From assembly GCA_030770535.1 (NCBI GenBank), contig JASVEC010000001.1:1612001-1676000 (forward strand): a stretch of 64,000 nt of DNA, written 5' to 3'. Every line of letters starts with the position of its first letter. The first letter of the stretch is position 1. A model generated the notes under the pieces. The model saw only the letters and a program-made list of their open reading frames with translations. It did not search any database and was not told where the DNA came from. The DNA comes from Batkoa obscura. Its lineage: Eukaryota. Positions 59,917 to 64,000 of this stretch are shown in pieces. Position numbers and translations under genes: made by a program.

Positions 59917-60462
59917 TGTGAAAGTTAGTACTTAGTGGTTGGAGTTAAAAGCAGTTTCTGCTTGATTAACTAACCGTAAGTCAAAGGGTCTTAGTTTATA
60001 TAACTAAGATAGACTTGAATTATCAAGAATAGCATGTAATAGGCTACGGACTATGTAAGACAGATAGAATAGAAGATATTACTGTAAAATCTACGTAAAA
60101 TACTATCAGAAAGACTTAGTGGTTTTATTAAAGGTATAATATCAGGAAATAATTCAATAAAAAAGCCTCAAGTTGTTATGAATAATTTTTTATATACTCC
60201 AATTAGGTGACTATATATAAGGAACATGATAACAGTTATTCCTTATTATAGTTGCTAAATATGGATATTAAAATAAGGAGATAATGTCCTTTGCAATTAG
60301 GTAGTAGATATCCTCACAGCAAATCAAAATAAGGAGCTCCGAATTGATTGTACCACATGAATCACAGTCAAATTGATTACAAGGCTACAACTAGTTTTGT
60401 AAATAAGTTAAATGATTATTATATTATAATTAATTCGAGAGCTGATAAACCAATATTTCACA
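59917..60462 (+). mobile_element. Solo-LTR-like repeat (LTR-A), longest copy, 546 bp
   Basis: GCTA|TGTGAAAG...ATATTTCACA|GCTA 4-bp duplication; internal TATATATAAGG. Confidence 0.8.
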
Positions 60463-60532
60463 GCTATTTATTATTACAAATTAACAAATAAAATTTTAAG
60501 ATTAAAAACAGGTTTATTTGTTGATGATATAT

Positions 60533-60745
60533 GAGTATGTTTTTTTTGTTTCATTACTTTTTCCATTTTTTTAGCACTGTTTAAAGTGGAAAAATTATTT
60601 GTAAAATTCTTAAACAAAAAAATATATCTCCAAATATATTTATATGGGGGTGTTTTTTTTGACTTCATCACTTTTTCCATCTTTTAAGCACTATTTGAGT
60701 GGAAAAAATTGTTAGTAAAATTCTTAAACACAAAAGTACATCCCT
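60533..60745 (+). mobile_element. Tandem pair of MITE-A copies (about 60533-60631 and 60646-60745)
   Basis: Two consecutive consensus matches, each ATAT-flanked at least on one side. Confidence 0.85.
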
Positions 60746-61689
60746 ATATATTTATAAACTTTTACTGATTTGATTCAAAATAAAACTCATTTTAATATAA
60801 TTATAATTATAATTGTAAATGTTTTAAAATAGTTGATATAGTTTCTTTATATAATATATAAGATATTATATTTTTATAATTAAATAAAATCAAGGTTAAT
60901 ATTGATTTTATTATTATTGATCCTTTTTTTAATAAGATTAAAAGTAAATCAATCTGATTTTAATATTTTTATTATTTAACCCTTTGAGTACTAATATCTA
61001 TCTCAAAAACAATTTTGTTCAATTAAATCATAATTCCTAATTAATTGTTATAAAACTAGATTCATTTTGAAATTCAATACTCAAAGAATTAATTTGATTG
61101 AAATCATACTACTTAAGTTAATACTTATCCTAATTAAATTTTGATCTACAGGAATTTGGTGAACATTATTCGTTCATGGTACTTAAGTAGTTGATGAATT
61201 TAACTAATAATGTATTTAGTATAAAAATTAAAAATTAAAGTTAATATACAAATAAAAAAAAGTATTAATGATAATTTTATTACTATTGAATTTTATTAAA
61301 TTATAATTAAAGCGCTAATAGTATCGTTTCTATTATTAGATTTAGCTTATAACTTAGTTTTTAAGATCAGAAATTAAAATCAATGAAGATAAAAATAAAA
61401 ATGACTTTAATCTTATTATTAATAATCCTTTAAAAAAAGGATAAAAAGTATATTAACTTGAATTATTAGTATAGCTTCTATTCTTAGATAGAACTAATAA
61501 GTCATTCAGTACATAAGACACCGAAATTAAAAAACTAGTCAAAGTGGAAGTAAAAGGTAACTTGCAATTAACTTCATTAATAATGAATTTGAATTTTTTA
61601 AAAGGATTTTATCAAATTGTAATTAATGCGATCTTAATAATTTAATATTATAACAAGTCATTAATAACTTCCTTAAATTTATAACTTAG

Positions 61690-61757
61690 AGGTGTTTGTT
61701 TCATCACTTTTTGCATCTTTTAAGCACTATTTGAGTGGAAAAATTAGTAGTAAAATT
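61690..61757 (+). mobile_element. MITE-A, partial copy
   Basis: ggtgtttgtttcatcactttttgcatcttttaagcactatttgagtggaaaa. Confidence 0.7.
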
Positions 61758-61821
61758 GATAAAAGACATTTCCACTTACTCAAATTTATGACACTGAAAT
61801 TAAAAAATAAATAATTTAGTA

Positions 61822-61983
61822 CAACTATTGCAACTCTTTTATGACTTTTCTAATGATAATTTCTATAATTAAATTATTTAGTATACTAATTTCTTTAAAG
61901 TCCAATCCTTATATTTATGTCAATTAACATAATTTTTTTTTAAAATGAGCAGTTGATTAGATCGCAAAAGAGTTGCAAAGTTG
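61822..61983. mobile_element. MITE-B
   Basis: TA|CAACTATTGCAACTCTTTT...AAAAGAGTTGCAAAGTTG|TA. Confidence 0.75.
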
Positions 61984-62658
61984 TATCTAATTACGATATA
62001 GTAACTCATCCCAGTTTTTTTTATAGATTCCCATTGAATTTAAATAAACGCGATCATCAGTATACACCCTTTCTATTATTGGATTTCACTAATAATCCGT
62101 CTCACATTATAAACTATTAAAGATTAATATAGAAAAATCGAAAATCAACTTGTTTTATTTTCAGTTAAAATTTGTTAATACGCGTATTCAATTTATTACT
62201 AATTTTAGTAAGTTTCAAGATTTTTTGTTATTAAAATTTAAAGAAGATTCTTTTTTTTAATCAATATTAATGAACCTAATAGAATTATATTTATAATAAA
62301 AGAATGAGGAATGAGTGTGTTTGTTAAGTGATTATATGATCAAATTATAAGGTGAATTATAAACTGATGGTTTATTTATAAAATATAAGTTAAATATAAT
62401 TATAAATATTAAAGTATTTTAAAAATAGTAATTACCGTATGATAATTTATAAATTAATAACAAATGCGATGAAATATATGACCAAAATAGTTTAAGAATA
62501 AATTAGGGTAAATTAACTGATTTAATATTATTTCTTTTATATTAAAAAATTTAATTTAAGCATTTCAATCATTTAAAAAAATAGACTGAAATAAAAAAAC
62601 GAGCTTTATCCTTTTTAACATTTTCTTTTTTTAAATATTTAATTCATCATCTACATTC

Positions 62659-64000
62659 ATGTCTATTAAACAAATCATACTAACCAGCAGTAATAATTAT
62701 AATACAACAACAGCAACTAATAAATTAAGTTATCGTTGTGATCAATGTAATCATCGATGTATAAAATGTGATAAAAAACAACCAAAATGTAGTAGTTGTA
62801 TAACAGCTAATATTGAATGTACTTTATTACGTAGAATAAAAAATAAAAAGCAATTAGCTCACATACAAGGAATAATAACATTTGATTCAACAAATAAAAA
62901 TAATAAATTAAAGTATCAACAATATCAGCAATCAGAAAATATTCAATCGAATTCAAGGACAATACAAAATAAAGATATTGATATTATTATTAATTTAATG
63001 CATGAAATAAAAAATAAAAATATATTGTCCAATTTATTAACTTTATTACAATATCCTAATTATTCTATACCAAATAAAGGAATTCAATTTTTATTAAGTT
63101 TATTAATTCAATTAAAATTAAAAGTTAATAATAAACAACCTAAGTTAATTGTAAAAGATATAAAATTCAATTATCAATTGAAATATAATTCAGTATTATC
63201 AGAAGCAATTAATTTATTTTTTAAATATAAAAATCAATTATTTTGTTGTTTATTAATAGAAAAAAAAGATTATAATAATTTATCATTAAATTTAAAATTA
63301 ATTATATTATCTTTAGGTCTATATTATCAAAATAAAACAGAAACAGTAACTCAATTACTCAATTATTTAAGTCATCAATTATATCTACGTTTTAATAATA
63401 TTCTTTCTATTCCACCTACATTAATTAATATACAAACTATATTATTATTATTAAATTTAAGATGTTTTAAATGGGTGAATCAATTCTATTCTTATTTATT
63501 ATATTATTGTATGTCATCAACTTATGTCTTAGGTCTTCATTTACCAATCAAATCAACGAACATAAAGTTCAAATTATCACGTCAATTAATCTTTAATTAT
63601 TTAGGTTTTCATACAGCTTATACTTCTATATTAACTTTTTCTTATATACCTGTATTTGTACCTTATAAATCTAAATATCGAATTTATCATCAATTAAAAG
63701 AGAGTTCGATTTTAGATTCATTGAAAAAGAAAGATATTGGAGATACTGAGGGTTCAATTCAATATACATTATTATTTAATGATTATTTAGCGGATTTAGC
63801 ACCAATCTTATTGAAATGTAGTATCTTAAAAGATCAAGTTATTAAAAAAAAAGAAGATTTTAATAGTTTATTATTACAAATATTACAATTATTCAAAAGA
63901 ATTGAAAAATCAAAAAAACAATATTTGAATTTATTAATTACCTGGAATAATAATAATTCTTCCACTACATCCACTTCTCAAATCCTACAATCGATGCAAC
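62659..64000 (+). CDS. Zn(II)2Cys6 transcription factor, truncated by the window end; absent from the ORF track
   Basis: MSIKQII...RCDQCNHRCIKCDKKQPKCSSCITANIECTL; reads open to the end; shares L.QYP and P.L.N.Q motifs with 53984-55630. Confidence 0.88.
   Translation, partial: MSIKQIILTSSNNYNTTTATNKLSYRCDQCNHRCIKCDKKQPKCSSCITANIECTLLRRIKNKKQLAHIQGIITFDSTNKNNKLKYQQYQQSENIQSNSRTIQNKDIDIIINLMHEIKNKNILSNLLTLLQYPNYSIPNKGIQFLLSLLIQLKLKVNNKQPKLIVKDIKFNYQLKYNSVLSEAINLFFKYKNQLFCCLLIEKKDYNNLSLNLKLIILSLGLYYQNKTETVTQLLNYLSHQLYLRFNNILSIPPTLINIQTILLLLNLRCFKWVNQFYSYLLYYCMSSTYVLGLHLPIKSTNIKFKLSRQLIFNYLGFHTAYTSILTFSYIPVFVPYKSKYRIYHQLKESSILDSLKKKDIGDTEGSIQYTLLFNDYLADLAPILLKCSILKDQVIKKKEDFNSLLLQILQLFKRIEKSKKQYLNLLITWNNNNSSTTSTSQILQSMQ

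Noticed and set aside
28143..60680. Short MEKxMKPKKTP ORFs at 28143, 29778 and 60474
   Set aside because: They begin inside the reverse strand of MITE-A; they are not a peptide gene family.

Overview
AT-rich, intron-containing eukaryotic DNA with short GT-AG introns, most likely from an early-diverging fungus. The gene mix (secreted tyrosinase, CAR-like GPCR, Zn2Cys6 factors) suggests Entomophthoromycotina; this is an inference. Housekeeping genes are MTG1, RPN14/PAAF1, a spliced DUF5522/C1orf53-like gene, RAS, THO2 and six tRNAs. Accessory genes include a homeodomain factor, two Zn2Cys6 factors, four secreted low-complexity proteins and two paralogous unknown proteins. Main finding: four kynurenine-formamidase-like alpha/beta hydrolase paralogs that all end in PTS1-like tripeptides. 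Three of them have lost the HGGG oxyanion motif and carry a hypervariable internal cassette of [R/K]+6-residue units, usually ending in Pro, resembling an enzyme-fused multi-core peptide precursor (hypothesis only). Second finding: a decayed 2.8-kb Sola-like DNA transposon inserted into a ~100-bp MITE. It contains another copy of that MITE and a solo LTR, and its termini match those of the MITE family. MTG1 and RPN14 end tail-to-tail with no base between their stop codons. All calls are by eye; no database searches were run.
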